Assembly (NCBI GenBank): GCA_904063045.1
Contig: CAJFCJ010000013.1
Span: 1,222,156-1,286,155 of the forward strand
From: Dimorphilus gyrociliatus
Lineage: Eukaryota; Animalia; Annelida
Direction of reading: 5' to 3'
DNA: 64,000 nucleotides
The stretch's first letter is position 1. Every line of letters starts with the position of its first letter. Under the pieces are notes generated by a model, which saw only the letters and a program-made list of their open reading frames with translations, was not told the DNA's origin and made no database searches. Position numbers and translations under genes: made by a program. Below, piece after piece: positions 27,869-40,049 of the stretch.

Positions 27869-30420
27869 ATGTACTACCGAATTACAGCGCTCATTAGGAA
27901 TAATCAAACTTTTATTGCAAACAAACTATCAACCCATAGGATACTTCAACGATCTTTTTCTTTAAAAAACAAATACGATGTCAGTAGAAACATCAATCAT
28001 TAAATTGTAAATTTATAAAGTGATGCAAATATGTTGTAGGTAATCGTCGTTGGTGGTGGCCATGCCGGCATAGAAGCAGCATCAATATCAGCCCGAACTG
28101 GAACGCCAACATTACTGGTAACACATAAAAAAACAACCATAGGAGAAATGTCATGCAACCCGTCCTTTGGTGGAATAGGTAAAGGCCATCTCGTTCGAGA
28201 AATAGATGCATTAGACGGTATCTGCGCAAAAATATGTGGTAAAATATTTTATGTTTAAGTATATGTGGTATAAAGTATAAATATACGTTTATCTCAAATA
28301 GACAAAGCAGGAATATTCTATAAAGTCCTTAATAGAAGTAAGGGTCCCGCTGTTTGGGTAAATACTTTAATGTATAATTAATCGAATTAATTTCTACCTT
28401 TATGCATAATCAAAGTAAATGAAATTGAACTTTTTATGAAACTATTGCTAAATTGTATACCTTTCACTCAGAACGATAGGTCTTTTGTGAAATATTGAAT
28501 TTGAATAGGTTAAATATTCAATGTGAAATGGAAAATTCCAAATTTCTAGACTGTTAATTAGTACTCATTTCTTGTTAACTTTATTGTATAATATTTATGC
28601 AAGAGGCTCACTTCGGAAAGCAAGTTTAAAATAGCTTACCTAACTATTCGCTGAGAGATAATATCTATATGCAAAGTGGGTTGGGTATATAGTTTATTCC
28701 TTTTTATTTTCTTTTAGGGATTAAGGGCTCAAATTGATCGAAAACTTTATAAAAAATATATCCAAGAGGAACTTGATCAAACACCCAATTTGGATATTAT
28801 TGAAGAGTCCGTTGAAGATTTAATAATAGATCATAATTTTGAAAAACCTATTTGTCAAGGAATTAGAACTGAATCTGATCTTGAAATATTTTCAAAATCT
28901 GTTTTATTAACTACTGGAACGTTTCTTAAAGGACAAATAAATATTGGTCTAGAGGTGAAAGAAGCTGGAAGATTAGGTGATAAACCATCGATTGGTCTAT
29001 CAAATACTCTTCGTAAATCAGGATTTCGATTGGAAAGATTAAAAACTGGAACCCCTCCTAGAATTGATAAATGCACTATTAATTTCTCTGTGCTATCAGA
29101 GGAAATTGCCGATAATCCGCCAATTCCTTTTTCCTTCATGAATAATAAAGTAAAAATTCCACCCGAGGATCAAGTCGTTACTCATTTAACCTATACAACT
29201 CCAAAGTTAAATCAGATAATTGTGAAAAATCAGCATTTGAATAGACATGTTACAGAGGAGACGAAGGGTCCCAGGTATTGTCCTTCAATCGAATCAAAAG
29301 TGTTAAGATTTGGACATCTTAATCATAGAATTTGGTTGGAACCTGAAGGATTGAGTAGTAACGTTATTTACCCTCAGGGTTTATCGTGTACACTCCCCGC
29401 AGAGCTTCAACAAAAACTTATTAATACAATACCTGGCTTGGAAAATGCAAAGATGCTACAACCTGGCTATGGAGTTGAATACGATTACGTTGATCCTCGC
29501 CAATTAAAGAGAACGCTAGAAACCAAAAAAATTGAAAATTTATATTTGGCTGGTCAGATAAATGGAACGACCGGATACGAGGAGGCAGCTAGCCAAGGAT
29601 TAATAGCTGGATGCAACGCCAGTATGAAAGCGCGAGGAAGATCCGATGAATTTATATTATCAAGAAGCGACGCCTACATAGGGGTTTTAATAGATGACTT
29701 GACTACAAAAGGAGCTTTTGAGCCCTACCGTATGTTTACGTCTAGAGCAGAATTCCGTCTACTATTACGCCCTGATAATGCTGACGCAAGGCTTACACTA
29801 CCTTCATTTAAATACGGGTTTATTCATGAAAAAAGACACAGTATAGCTTCAAAAAATAATATTTTAGTAAATGAATTATTAGATCTTTTAAAAAATTTTT
29901 CTTTGACGTCTAAAAAATGGAACGAGCTATTAGAAGTAAGACCTGTTCATAGTACAGCTCAAAAGACTGCTTTTGAATTATTAGGCGGTGGCAAATTACA
30001 GCTTCAAAACTTATTTAATCTTTTCCCAGAAATATTTAAAATAGAGAGGTTCGAAGAAAACATACTTGAAAGAGTTAGAATAATGGCTCTCTATAATAGT
30101 GCAATTGAACGCCAACAATTACTTATAAAAGAATTAAATCAAGATTTTCAAATGAAATTACCATTCAATTTAGATTATGATCAACTGAATATAAATAATG
30201 ATGCAAAAATTGAACTAAATGAGACAAAACCCGATTCAGTAAGGATAAATTTTTTTCTTAGTTTTATAGATGAAAAAAAAACATTAATAAGCAGTATTTG
30301 CCTTTTTTCCATATTCTAGTCTTGCGTTTTATTCGTTTGCAGATATTGGCTGCTAGTCGTTTACAAACTGTTCGACCATCCGACATAATGATACTTTTGA
30401 AGTTTGTTAAGAGAATGTAG
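27869..30420 (+). CDS. MTO1: Mitochondrial tRNA modification protein MTO1 (GidA/MnmG family); exons 27869-27979, 28050-28238, 28302-28357, 28718-30239, 30343-30420
   Basis: Basic presequence followed by [74 protein letters not shown] and [12 protein letters not shown]. Confidence 0.96.
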
Positions 30421-30435
30421 AACGAACACTTTTAT

Positions 30436-31758
30436 TTAAGCCTCATCTTCGACTTCATCGTTGCAGTTAGAAGATTTAACTTTCAGTCTTAAAGCCACAC
30501 AGAAGGCTGTAAATAATAAAGTTGACGATATAAGTAACAAAATCCTGTTTCCCTGCTTCCAAGTATTATTATGTAATGAACATAGGGCAAGGCATGCGAT
30601 GAGATTCAAAGGCACCCCAAAAATAGCCCTTAACAATTCTACATGTTTTTCAGGAAGTATTCGTTTTCTTAATTCCATCATGGATGGAAAATAAATACCT
30701 GCCCCTATTTCAACAATTAATAATCCCAGGAATGTACCGAATCTTGCTGGATGATCTGGTGTTGTGAAAAACGCACTAATCGCAAAGCCAATACAGCTAG
30801 TACTAATTGATATTATTATTAAAATATTTTGTGTTTTGTGTTTTTTTAATATTTCGTAAACAGCTCCTCCTATTAGAACGCATATCATAAATGTTGAGAA
30901 AATAATACCGTAACTTGGGCTAGGAGGAGTCAGGACAGGGGTCCAGACGAACACGAAAATAGCCATGGAACTTTCGAAAAGAGCCTCTAGAACACCTAAA
31001 GTTAATACTTCAGGTTGCTCAGCTAATTCGCGTATTGCAGGTAAAAATGAAAATTTTCTTTGGCTGTTATCAGTAGCTTCATCGGGGATGTTCCATTGGA
31101 AAAAAATTAAAAATGTTGAAGCTGCTAAGAATGGAGCAGCAAGAATATAAGGAGCAACAGGACCATATCCCATCCATTCGGCCATCACATGTGCAATAAT
31201 ACCAGAGCTGATGGCTAGAAGACCATTAAATACGGCAGTTTTGGACATTGATGAGGCTATCCATTCTTTTGGAAAATCATATGTTACTACATGTTGATGG
31301 AAGTACCACCTTTCGAATGTTCTGAACATGATTGGTGTTGTAAGACCACTAAGAGCTCGTGCAATTATTAAAACCCCGTAATTAACTGATAGCTTCATCA
31401 GACTGGATATTGCGTAAATTGCTGTTGTCACCATTAAAACTTTCCTTGAGGAATATCTATTCGAAAGAACAGTTAACCAGGTTCCAAGAAAGACTGTCGA
31501 AGCAAAACCCGACACATAAATAATAGCAATTTGATCTTCCGTAAATCCATATCGGCTATAGAGAGCATACAAGTAAGGTCCCTGCAGCCAATCTCCAACA
31601 ACGGCTGGAAGGTATGCAAGAAGGTAACTCCTTTGAAAAGATACAAAATTTGGATTAGCATTTGAATTTGTTTTTTTCCTATTCTTCCACGATATTAGCT
31701 GTATTATTGTACAGGCTAAAGAAAGAAATCCAAAAAAAACATATCCTAAATTCATCAT
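30436..31758 (-). CDS. MFSD5: Major facilitator superfamily domain-containing protein 5 (molybdate-anion transporter family), intronless
   Basis: 440 aa single ORF with FQRSYLLAYLPAVVGDWLQGPYLYALY and LFESSMAIFVFVWTP, and multiple TM helices. Confidence 0.92.
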   Translation of the reverse strand: MMNLGYVFFGFLSLACTIIQLISWKNRKKTNSNANPNFVSFQRSYLLAYLPAVVGDWLQGPYLYALYSRYGFTEDQIAIIYVSGFASTVFLGTWLTVLSNRYSSRKVLMVTTAIYAISSLMKLSVNYGVLIIARALSGLTTPIMFRTFERWYFHQHVVTYDFPKEWIASSMSKTAVFNGLLAISSGIIAHVMAEWMGYGPVAPYILAAPFLAASTFLIFFQWNIPDEATDNSQRKFSFLPAIRELAEQPEVLTLGVLEALFESSMAIFVFVWTPVLTPPSPSYGIIFSTFMICVLIGGAVYEILKKHKTQNILIIISISTSCIGFAISAFFTTPDHPARFGTFLGLLIVEIGAGIYFPSMMELRKRILPEKHVELLRAIFGVPLNLIACLALCSLHNNTWKQGNRILLLISSTLLFTAFCVALRLKVKSSNCNDEVEDEA

Positions 31759-31918
31759 TTTTACAACTATATTGCCAAATTTTAACAGACGACAATTTTC
31801 ACTAACGCCACCTGTAACAGACTATTTTGCCTAGATTTGCAGACGACGAAAGCGATAAAGAGGACATCTGCAGTCAGTCTAAGAGCCTTATCAAAAACAC
31901 CTTTGGTCTCGGAAAAAA
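31759..31918. promoter_or_regulatory. 160-nt bidirectional promoter region between the MFSD5 and TMEM120 start codons
   Basis: Divergent ATGs at 31758 (-) and 31919 (+), with a locally higher-GC segment between them. Confidence 0.6.
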
Positions 31919-33990
31919 ATGACTTCGAATGCTCTTAAAACTGCCCAGAAAGAATGGGAGGAACTACTTGGCGAGTTTGCGGAAGTTGAAGTAAGTGTTA
32001 TTTTAAAGGATACGCTTTCCAATTGATTTAACTATTAAAAACACCATCAGAAAGTGCATGAAAACTATTGTAAGGAAATCGAGAAGGTTAAAGAGCTCCA
32101 AAGCAAATGCATGTCCGGGATTGCTCATCAAAGATATCGCATGAAACAGATCCTTCAAGATCTCAAAGGGTTTGAGTTTCGATCGCAAGAAATATTAAAT
32201 CTAACGAATCGTTAAAATTCCAGGGAATCTCTAAGTAAGGAGGATGAAGAACAATTGAAAGAATTAAAAACCAGCATGGATGAGCAGAAGGCTTGCTGTA
32301 GGGAATTAGAAGAAAATCTTCCACATACAAATGGGTAATTTTTTCGGTTAGAATAATTGTACATTTTAACATAATGTTCAAACAATTTTTTAGAATATAT
32401 TTGTCCATAATTTTGGGTTCTGTAAACGTATCTTTGCTTAGTAAACATGACAAGTAAGTATAAAAATATTCACTTTTTGTTTCTTTTACGTTTTTTAAAC
32501 AAAATAAAAACATCATTATAATATATTCTTAAATAATAATATCCTTTTTCCCATTTTTCATATTACGCTACAAAAAAGATACAAGTATAAAGAAGATTAT
32601 GAAAGATTTAAGCTATACGTTAACATAATAGTCTTTTTCTTTGGCTTAATCATTTTCTTATCACCGTATTTTAGGTTTGTAAAAAATTAGAGAATTTCTA
32701 TCTATCGAAAAAATCGTTTCTTTTCTCTTTTTTGTTTTTATATGGAAAAATATTATAGTAAAAAAAATTTTCAGGGTAGCAGATGCCGCATTCCAGTTTT
32801 TAACTGTTTGGTATTATTGTACTTTAACAATACGCGAGAGTATATTGAAAGTCAATGGATCTAGGTATTTTATCCATGTTTTTGTCATTATTAATCTTAT
32901 AATATTTTTCTATTTCTAACTTCCAAGGATAAAAGGATGGTGGATGACACATCATTTTATATCGACGGTTTGCGCCGGTATAGTATTGATATGGTATGTA
33001 TTTACATAGATAAATAATGATATTTTTTCTGGCAAATGTATATCAATAAATTCAAGTCTTTTTTTTTTTTTACTTTAAAATTTGTCTTTAAGCCTATTTT
33101 GAAAAGCTAAATCATAAATTTTCAAGGACCTTGACTGCTACAAAAAAAAAGAATTTGTTTTTAATTTTCAAACAACGTTATCAATAGGCCTACTGTTTAA
33201 ACGTATATTATCAAAATAGTTTGATCGTTTAAAAATATTTTGTTTTCAAATAACATGCAAATATCATTTTATATACTGTATACTACATTTGATTTTTTTC
33301 TTTTTTTTAAAGGCCCGATGGTTATACTTATACACAATTTAGAGGACAATACTTATTCTTTTGTATTTACTTATGTAAGTATTCCTTTACTTGTGGAAAT
33401 AATTATGAAAGTACTGTTGAAATTTCCTTTCTAGGTATGGTTTCTGTTGGTCAATTCTACTATCAGAGAGGAATGCTCTATCGTTTGAGGTCTTTAGGTG
33501 AAAGGCATAATATGGATATAACAGTCGGTATGTAAATATTTAACATCTAGTAGTTTAACTATACAGTACTTACTAATGGAAAAGGTATAATAAAGATTAT
33601 TTCGGTTTTAAATTACAGAGGGATTTCAATCCTGGATGTGGCGAGGATTAACATTTATCTTACCGTTCTTGTGCGGCGGTTATGTAAGTCGATAGTTTAT
33701 ATATACCACTGAAATTATATCATTTGATTATAATTATTCAGCTCCTACAACTGTACAGTAGTTATTATCTATTCTTTCTATCAAGAAATGAAAAGTGCAT
33801 TGAGTGGCAGGTTTTAGCTTCTGCCTTTATATTTTTACTTCTCTTTCTTGGAAATTCTTGGACAACGTTCCTAGTCTTGCGACAGAAAATTGGGCCAGGT
33901 ATATGGAGACAGAATATGGACTTTATCGTCAGAAACAAGCTTCGATTACAAAATTCACTTCAGAAGACAATGAAGGCTCATGATAATTAG
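31919..33990 (+). CDS. TMEM120A: TMEM120/TACAN family membrane protein, about 11 exons
   Basis: N-terminal coiled coil (EWEELLGEF), [53 protein letters not shown], and [18 protein letters not shown] versus B paralog is not resolvable. Confidence 0.93.
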
Positions 33991-34205
33991 ACAAAAATAA
34001 ATATTTAATAAATTTCTTTCTGATTGTTTTCTTTAAGTCGAAAAACAAAAAAAAGGCAATTTTTTTTTCTTTTTAATTAGAACTTTGTTTCTAAAAAATG
34101 CAAGCTGTTTAATAAAAAAAAATATAGAAAACAAACGCAGTCTCTGTTTAATATTTGACTCTATCTCTTTATCCTTATTGGTTACATTATCATTGGGTAT
34201 GGATT

Positions 34206-36801
34206 CTAGCCATTTAATACAGTATTTGGCAGACTCTGATCGTCAGAGCAATATGCGTCTGCTGATTCTATGGAAAAAAAAAGCAGAATTAGTGATAGGG
34301 AAAAAATAGCCAATTAAAAAGCATTGTTCTTAATGAATCATTGTACTTACCTTTGACGGCTTTTTTCTGGGCCATTTTATCTGGAATTATATACATAGCA
34401 TTAGCCAGGAAAAATCCTCCGCCGAGTACACAAATGAAGCAGTTGATATATAGAGAATATTGAAGAGATTTATATTGTTTGTAATTATGAGAATAACTTG
34501 CTAAAATGCTTCCAATACTTCCCGCCACCTGAAAAAGATAAAGAGTTGATAAATAATTTTTATTAGTAAACTACGCTTATATTAGGCTACCTGTCCTATA
34601 AGAAAGGGGCTTCCGGCATCTCCGAAAGCGTGAGACATAAGAATTTGACCGGCTTCGGCTATTGATCTTCGATTAGGCACAACAACGTACAGGAGAATAT
34701 CTGCAACAATTGGCCAATTCATGCAGAGTAGTGTTTCACCGATAAATATAAATATCCAGGTTGCGACTAAGCATTTCTTTGATAGATAAAGAGCTAGAAA
34801 GAGGAAAGGCGAACATGATAACATGCCAAAAGCGCAAATCAAAGGATCGGCTTTTTCCGTATACTTTCTTAAAAATTTAGCAGTGTGCCAGCCAATAGCC
34901 ACTCCTGTTATCCCCGCAACGCAGGTGATTGACCCAAAAACCATGCTAACAGTTTCCCTACTCATCTTTGGACTTCCACCTGTTACTTCAGTTTGAGCAA
35001 GTATGGAATGATTCAAGTAATATGGGGCCCAAAAGGCAAGAGCGCCCGTAACAAATGCGACGCATGTAAAGCCCAGAGAGGATAACATAAAACTACGATT
35101 CTTGCCGAGATAAACAACATCCGACTTAAGCGAACTACTTTGCAGATGAGATCCTCCTTCGCTAGCTCCTCTAGAAGGCTCTTTCACCAGCCAAATAATA
35201 AGTAATACACAAACAATACCAAAGACAGGCGTAATCCTTAGCGACCACCGCCAATCGCCTGTAGCTTTTTCAACCCCCGATGCTATAATATAGCCAAGAC
35301 CAGACCCAACTGGAATAGCGAAATAGAATAAAGATAACATATTTGTTCTCATTGTTCCGACAAATAAATCAGCTATAATCGTTGGAGCAATAGTCGAATA
35401 ACTTGCTTCACCAACACCTACAAGAGAACGCATCAATAAGAAGCTCCAGTAGGTTTTCGTTGTAAATGAACTGCCAAGTGTTATTCCTGACCAGAATAAT
35501 ATTCCAACCGACATAAGTACTTTCCTATTGTACCGGTCGCCAAGGTAACCAAATACCGGTGAGAAAATCATATACGAGAGTATAAAAGACGTTTGGATTA
35601 GACCAAGTTCGTTTAGGTGATCGTCATCGCTTGTCGAATTTCCGCTTGTACCATTACCAAAGAGAGTTGAATTCATAGGAGTATTATCATTTTTAAAGAA
35701 GTTGTCTTTAATCGATTGTAAAACCCCTGTTTAAAATGAGCATAAATCTTTATTATTATTGCATTATCGATCATTAAATTTATATATATATATATATTAA
35801 CATTTATAATCATAAAAAAAAGAACATACCAGCACAAATGCACCTATCTATATAATTCAGTAAATTAGCTAATATTAATATAAACATAATAATTATAGCG
35901 TTCTTTGGATTTCCCGAAGATTCTCTTTCGACTTCGTCTCCGTTGTCTAACTCAAACTTATCCTCTAAAGGATGCTTTTCCTCGTACATAGTACATTTTT
36001 CTTTGTAATTTGAGGATGTCATATTTTTAAATATTCTATTTTATCTAAATAGAATCAATCAGCTTCTCTTTATTCTATTGCGAAAAAAACGACAATATTC
36101 TTCTTGGAGCGATTGCTCTATTCCTCTTTCTTTTTTTTGTACTTTTCTTCTTATTCTTTATTCTTTTATAAGACAGCAGGTTCAATCACGCTCGTTACGT
36201 GTCGCAAGCTTCGTTTAAAATATTGTATTATAATAATCAATAGGTATATGGATAATGTTCAATAGACATAGGTGGACATTATACTGTTTACGTAACCAAT
36301 TCTTGTATGATAAGGGTACTACTTGTGATTTGGTAAATAATTTTAAGAAAGAAAAACAATAATAACTATGATCATTTGTGCTATTTTATGGTCTTTATCA
36401 AGATAGATTATTAATTTATATTATCTGGACCAAAATTGGGTCCGTTGCTTGTTTTTAATGTTAATTGTTTATGTTCTAAACTGACAATTTGTGCAGAGAA
36501 ATGTATAAGTTTTATCTTTTCGGAATAATCTGAAATAGTAACCTCCAACTTACGTAATATCTAATCATTTGATAATATCTGATAAATAACAGTGTTTACC
36601 TGCAACAGTAAAACGATCCATGTAGTTTAAAAGATTCGTCCATGTTAGAATTGCAACAGTTATATAACCAAGACGATTACTTCCCGTTTCATGCATATGA
36701 GAGTTTGTTTCATCTTCCAAGGTCCGAGTTTCTTCTATTTCTGTTGCGCGATCTTCGTTTACTAGGAGAGGAGCATCATCGGTATTTCTTTTTCGGTCCA
36801 T
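34206..36801 (-). CDS. SPNS1: Spinster-family MFS transporter with two alternative first coding exons (36801-36600 or 36022-35830) joined to a common body starting at 35726
   Basis: NLLNY(M/I)DR TM1, FGYLGDRYNRK, RSLVGVGEASYSTIAPTIIADLF, FYFAIPVGSGLGYI, and SHAFGDAGSPFLIG. Stop at 34206. Confidence 0.93.
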
Positions 36802-37873
36802 CTTTTACTAATCTGACTTTTAATATCACTTCGTAATCTTATAATCAAGCTAAATCTTTCAATAACAGTCGAACGGATTCACTTCACTCGATCATCATTT
36901 CGTAACTTATTACGATACTTGTAAATATTGTCTTTATCAGCTGCCGGAAGTTATTCGGCCATATTTGCAAATCGAACGTTTTAGCAATAGTGTTTTGTTG
37001 AAATGTCAATGACACGCAGAAAAATGAAAGTTAGTTTTAAATTAATAATCTATAAATACCCTTCCTCGAATATTAAACAAATTATGAAACCATTAGTCGA
37101 TAAACTAAAGTTGTTTTTTTTTTCTAGTCAAAAAGCATATTTTCATTGAATGCAGAGCGGGAGTTTTAAAATTATTGCCTCTTTAACGATCAATACAAAC
37201 CCATTAACAATAGAGACTACAAATGAACGCTAATAATAGTTTATATTCACATATTTATATATGGAATCCATATATTGGACACTAATTAAAAAGAAAAGGT
37301 AACACATTTCGTTAATGATGGATGGCAATTCAATAATTTCACCCTAGTTTTATAGGTTCATTTTTTATATACACGTAACTGTATCTAAAAATAAGAAAGT
37401 ATTAAATGAAACAAGTTTAGAATTTCGTTTCTTATGTTACCCAAAATATTATACATAGATATAGCATCAATTTTCATCCTAATTTCTAAGGGTTATTGAA
37501 CTATATGACGAGATCATGGTTTAGCTAAATTATATTGCACAAGGGCAATTAACTGTAAAATAAACATGATCTTTTATTTCGTTAAGAAAAGACCTTGATT
37601 TATATTTCATTCCGTTTTCAGAGTGTTTCACAAGACGGAAAGGAAATGATTTTTTTTTCATATTACCACAGGAAATTTTAAGGTGTTAAAAATAAAAATA
37701 AAATTATATTCGAAAACCGTGAAAATTAATTTTATTAATAATTTATTTATCAAGCTCTTAGATCATTAAAAGTAGAAAAATGACTAAATAAGATATAGTT
37801 TCATGTTACTAATAACAAAACTGGCCATCAACCTTTAGTTTAAATATTGTAATGTATATAGTAGTATATATAA

Positions 37874-37876
<3 letters not shown>

Positions 37877-37906
<30 letters not shown>
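37877..37906. repeat. (TA)n microsatellite
   Basis: Uninterrupted TA dinucleotide run of about 30 nt. Confidence 0.9.
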
Positions 37907-37908
<2 letters not shown>

Positions 37909-39170
37909 GCATGGAACTGAAGGCTGTGTAATTCTTTCATTTGAATACACTTATAGATGTTATAAATGTTTATATATACTGTACATATTGAAAAATTTAC
38001 GCAATTAGCAATCCTTTTTCCTTTCCAAATAGATAGATACTGATTGTTTTAATTCATCTTAAATGATAGTAATAATTTAGAATAGGTTTGTTATCGGTTT
38101 AATTAAAGAATACTCAAATTAATCATACAATTTTCCATCTCTCTCTCTCTTTGTCTTTATCTCTTTCCTTCCTTTAATTTTCTATCTACCCATCAATCCA
38201 TCTTTATTTATATATTTATTTATTTTAACTTTGCGTAAAATTAATCTCTGTACCAATTGCAGATTACTTGATATCTTAAAAATCCAATATTTCATTATAA
38301 AACTTATCACTATCATTTAATGATTCGAGGGATCATTAATTTTTTTGTCTTTGGAGTGGTTCCCTCTCCCATCACTCCTCCCTTTTTTTTAAATAAAATA
38401 ATATGTTAAAAAAGAATATTTCTTTTCTAAAGTAGTATGAAAACTAAATAGACTGGCAATCTATATCTTAACACTGTAGAATCAACAGAAGCTCTAATGT
38501 CATTTTGGATCTTTTCAAACTATTGTTATTTATGACAAAATCGGTTGATCACCTTTACGCTTCTTGATATATACAATATGCATGATGAATATAATAACTT
38601 ATAGAGTAAATGATTGTTTTGTACAAGAGTTTTCCTAGATACATTAACTAATTATCCTACAAGAGTAAAGGGCTAAAGGATATTTGCGTGTCTTTTTCAA
38701 AATATTTCTCTATTTAGCACTTTTAAAGGGAAACGTTTTTTTTTTCTTATTATACAAGCTTTCTGAAGAAAAACGTTGCTGTACTACTCGCACAAAAAAA
38801 ATGAATAATGATAGAAAGAGCTTATTAGAGAAATAAAAAAAGCATACGAAAAGTTAATCTTTATTTTTAAGCTTGATTGGTGGTATTTCGTTATTTTTGT
38901 GTATTATTTATCTATCCTTTAAATATATTATAAAATAGATTTATTTTTAAAAAAGATGGACAAAAAATTACATACATTTATATTATAAATCATACAAGAG
39001 TTTGCTTGTAGGTATATGTTTTTATAAACATAAAAGCCGTATTGTTTACGAGGCAAAAATGACAATGATTCCTATTCAACTGGAAGAGAGAATTTTCGAG
39101 TACTTTACCGTATCAATTTCAAAATAGAACAACAGACTAATAAACAACTAATGTGAATGTCATATTTTGC

Positions 39171-39473
39171 CTAATCGTTCTTTTCATCTATTGATCCTTC
39201 CTGTACATTTCTTTTCGCCTCTTCGATTTTTCGACGAAGAAAATCACGCTGTTTTCGAAGCATTTTGTTTTCATGAGCCAATACAGTGATCAAATCACGA
39301 ATCTTACGCAAGTTTTTCTCTGTTACTCTGTGGCGCACCTTGCGTATTGAGCGTACACGAATAAGGTGGCATTTCTCATTAGAAGTTTGATTCCTGCTTC
39401 GATCATCGCCATTATCACCACCATCATTACTTCTTCCACTAATTGATGAACAATGCATTTTTCTGTTCGTCAT
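39171..39473 (-). CDS. Small basic-region/leucine-zipper (C/EBP-like, degenerate) protein of about 100 aa
   Basis: From the ATG at 39473: SIRKVR basic motif and heptad I-x6-L-x6-L-x6-L (KIRDLITVLAHENKMLRKQRDFL). A splice acceptor at 39535 precedes the ATG. Higher GC than the flanks. Confidence 0.55.
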   Translation of the reverse strand: MTNRKMHCSSISGRSNDGGDNGDDRSRNQTSNEKCHLIRVRSIRKVRHRVTEKNLRKIRDLITVLAHENKMLRKQRDFLRRKIEEAKRNVQEGSIDEKND

Positions 39474-40049
39474 CTGGCCTGAACTTCTCCTTTTCAGAAA
39501 GTGACTTGCCGTTAGCTTTAAAGGGCGCCACCGTCTAGGAAAAAAAACCACGTGATTGACTATATTCGAATCCGCTTTATAACTCAGTTTGTCTGATATT
39601 TTAATTAAACTAATTTACCGCATTCATAACTTAATTTGATCAAAGATTAATCCACTTGAGATAATAGTTAACCTAATGTTTTATCAACACCTTATTGAAA
39701 GATAGAAATGATTCTTAATTCAAATTACAATGAGTTCTTACTGATTACGTACGCTAATTTCCCTCCTTACCTAATGTAATACTTTATACCTAATTAATTC
39801 TGGGAAACTAAACTATCCAAGTTCTTAACTTCTTCAGGCGCACACTGGAATTGGGTAGCTGATAGCTGATCGACGTTTTTAAAGAGTACCGAGTTTTTTA
39901 TTCAGATGTAGAGAACAAAAAAAAAAGAACAACGTAACAAAAAACGTGACGTTTTGTTTTTCAAAAGACGTAACGTAAAAATTACAAAATAGAAAAAAAA
40001 AGAACAATAATAATATTTATTTAGACGATTATTCGTTTTTTTTTTTATT

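Noticed and set aside
16120-36801. Idea of a functional mechanosensory or lysosomal gene cluster (LOXHD1, TMEM120, spinster, V-ATPase)
   Set aside because: The genes are interleaved with unrelated mitochondrial and housekeeping genes, and no shared motif supports co-regulation.
39565-39573. TTCGAATCC resembling a tRNA B-box
   Set aside because: No A-box, cloverleaf or acceptor stem surrounds it.
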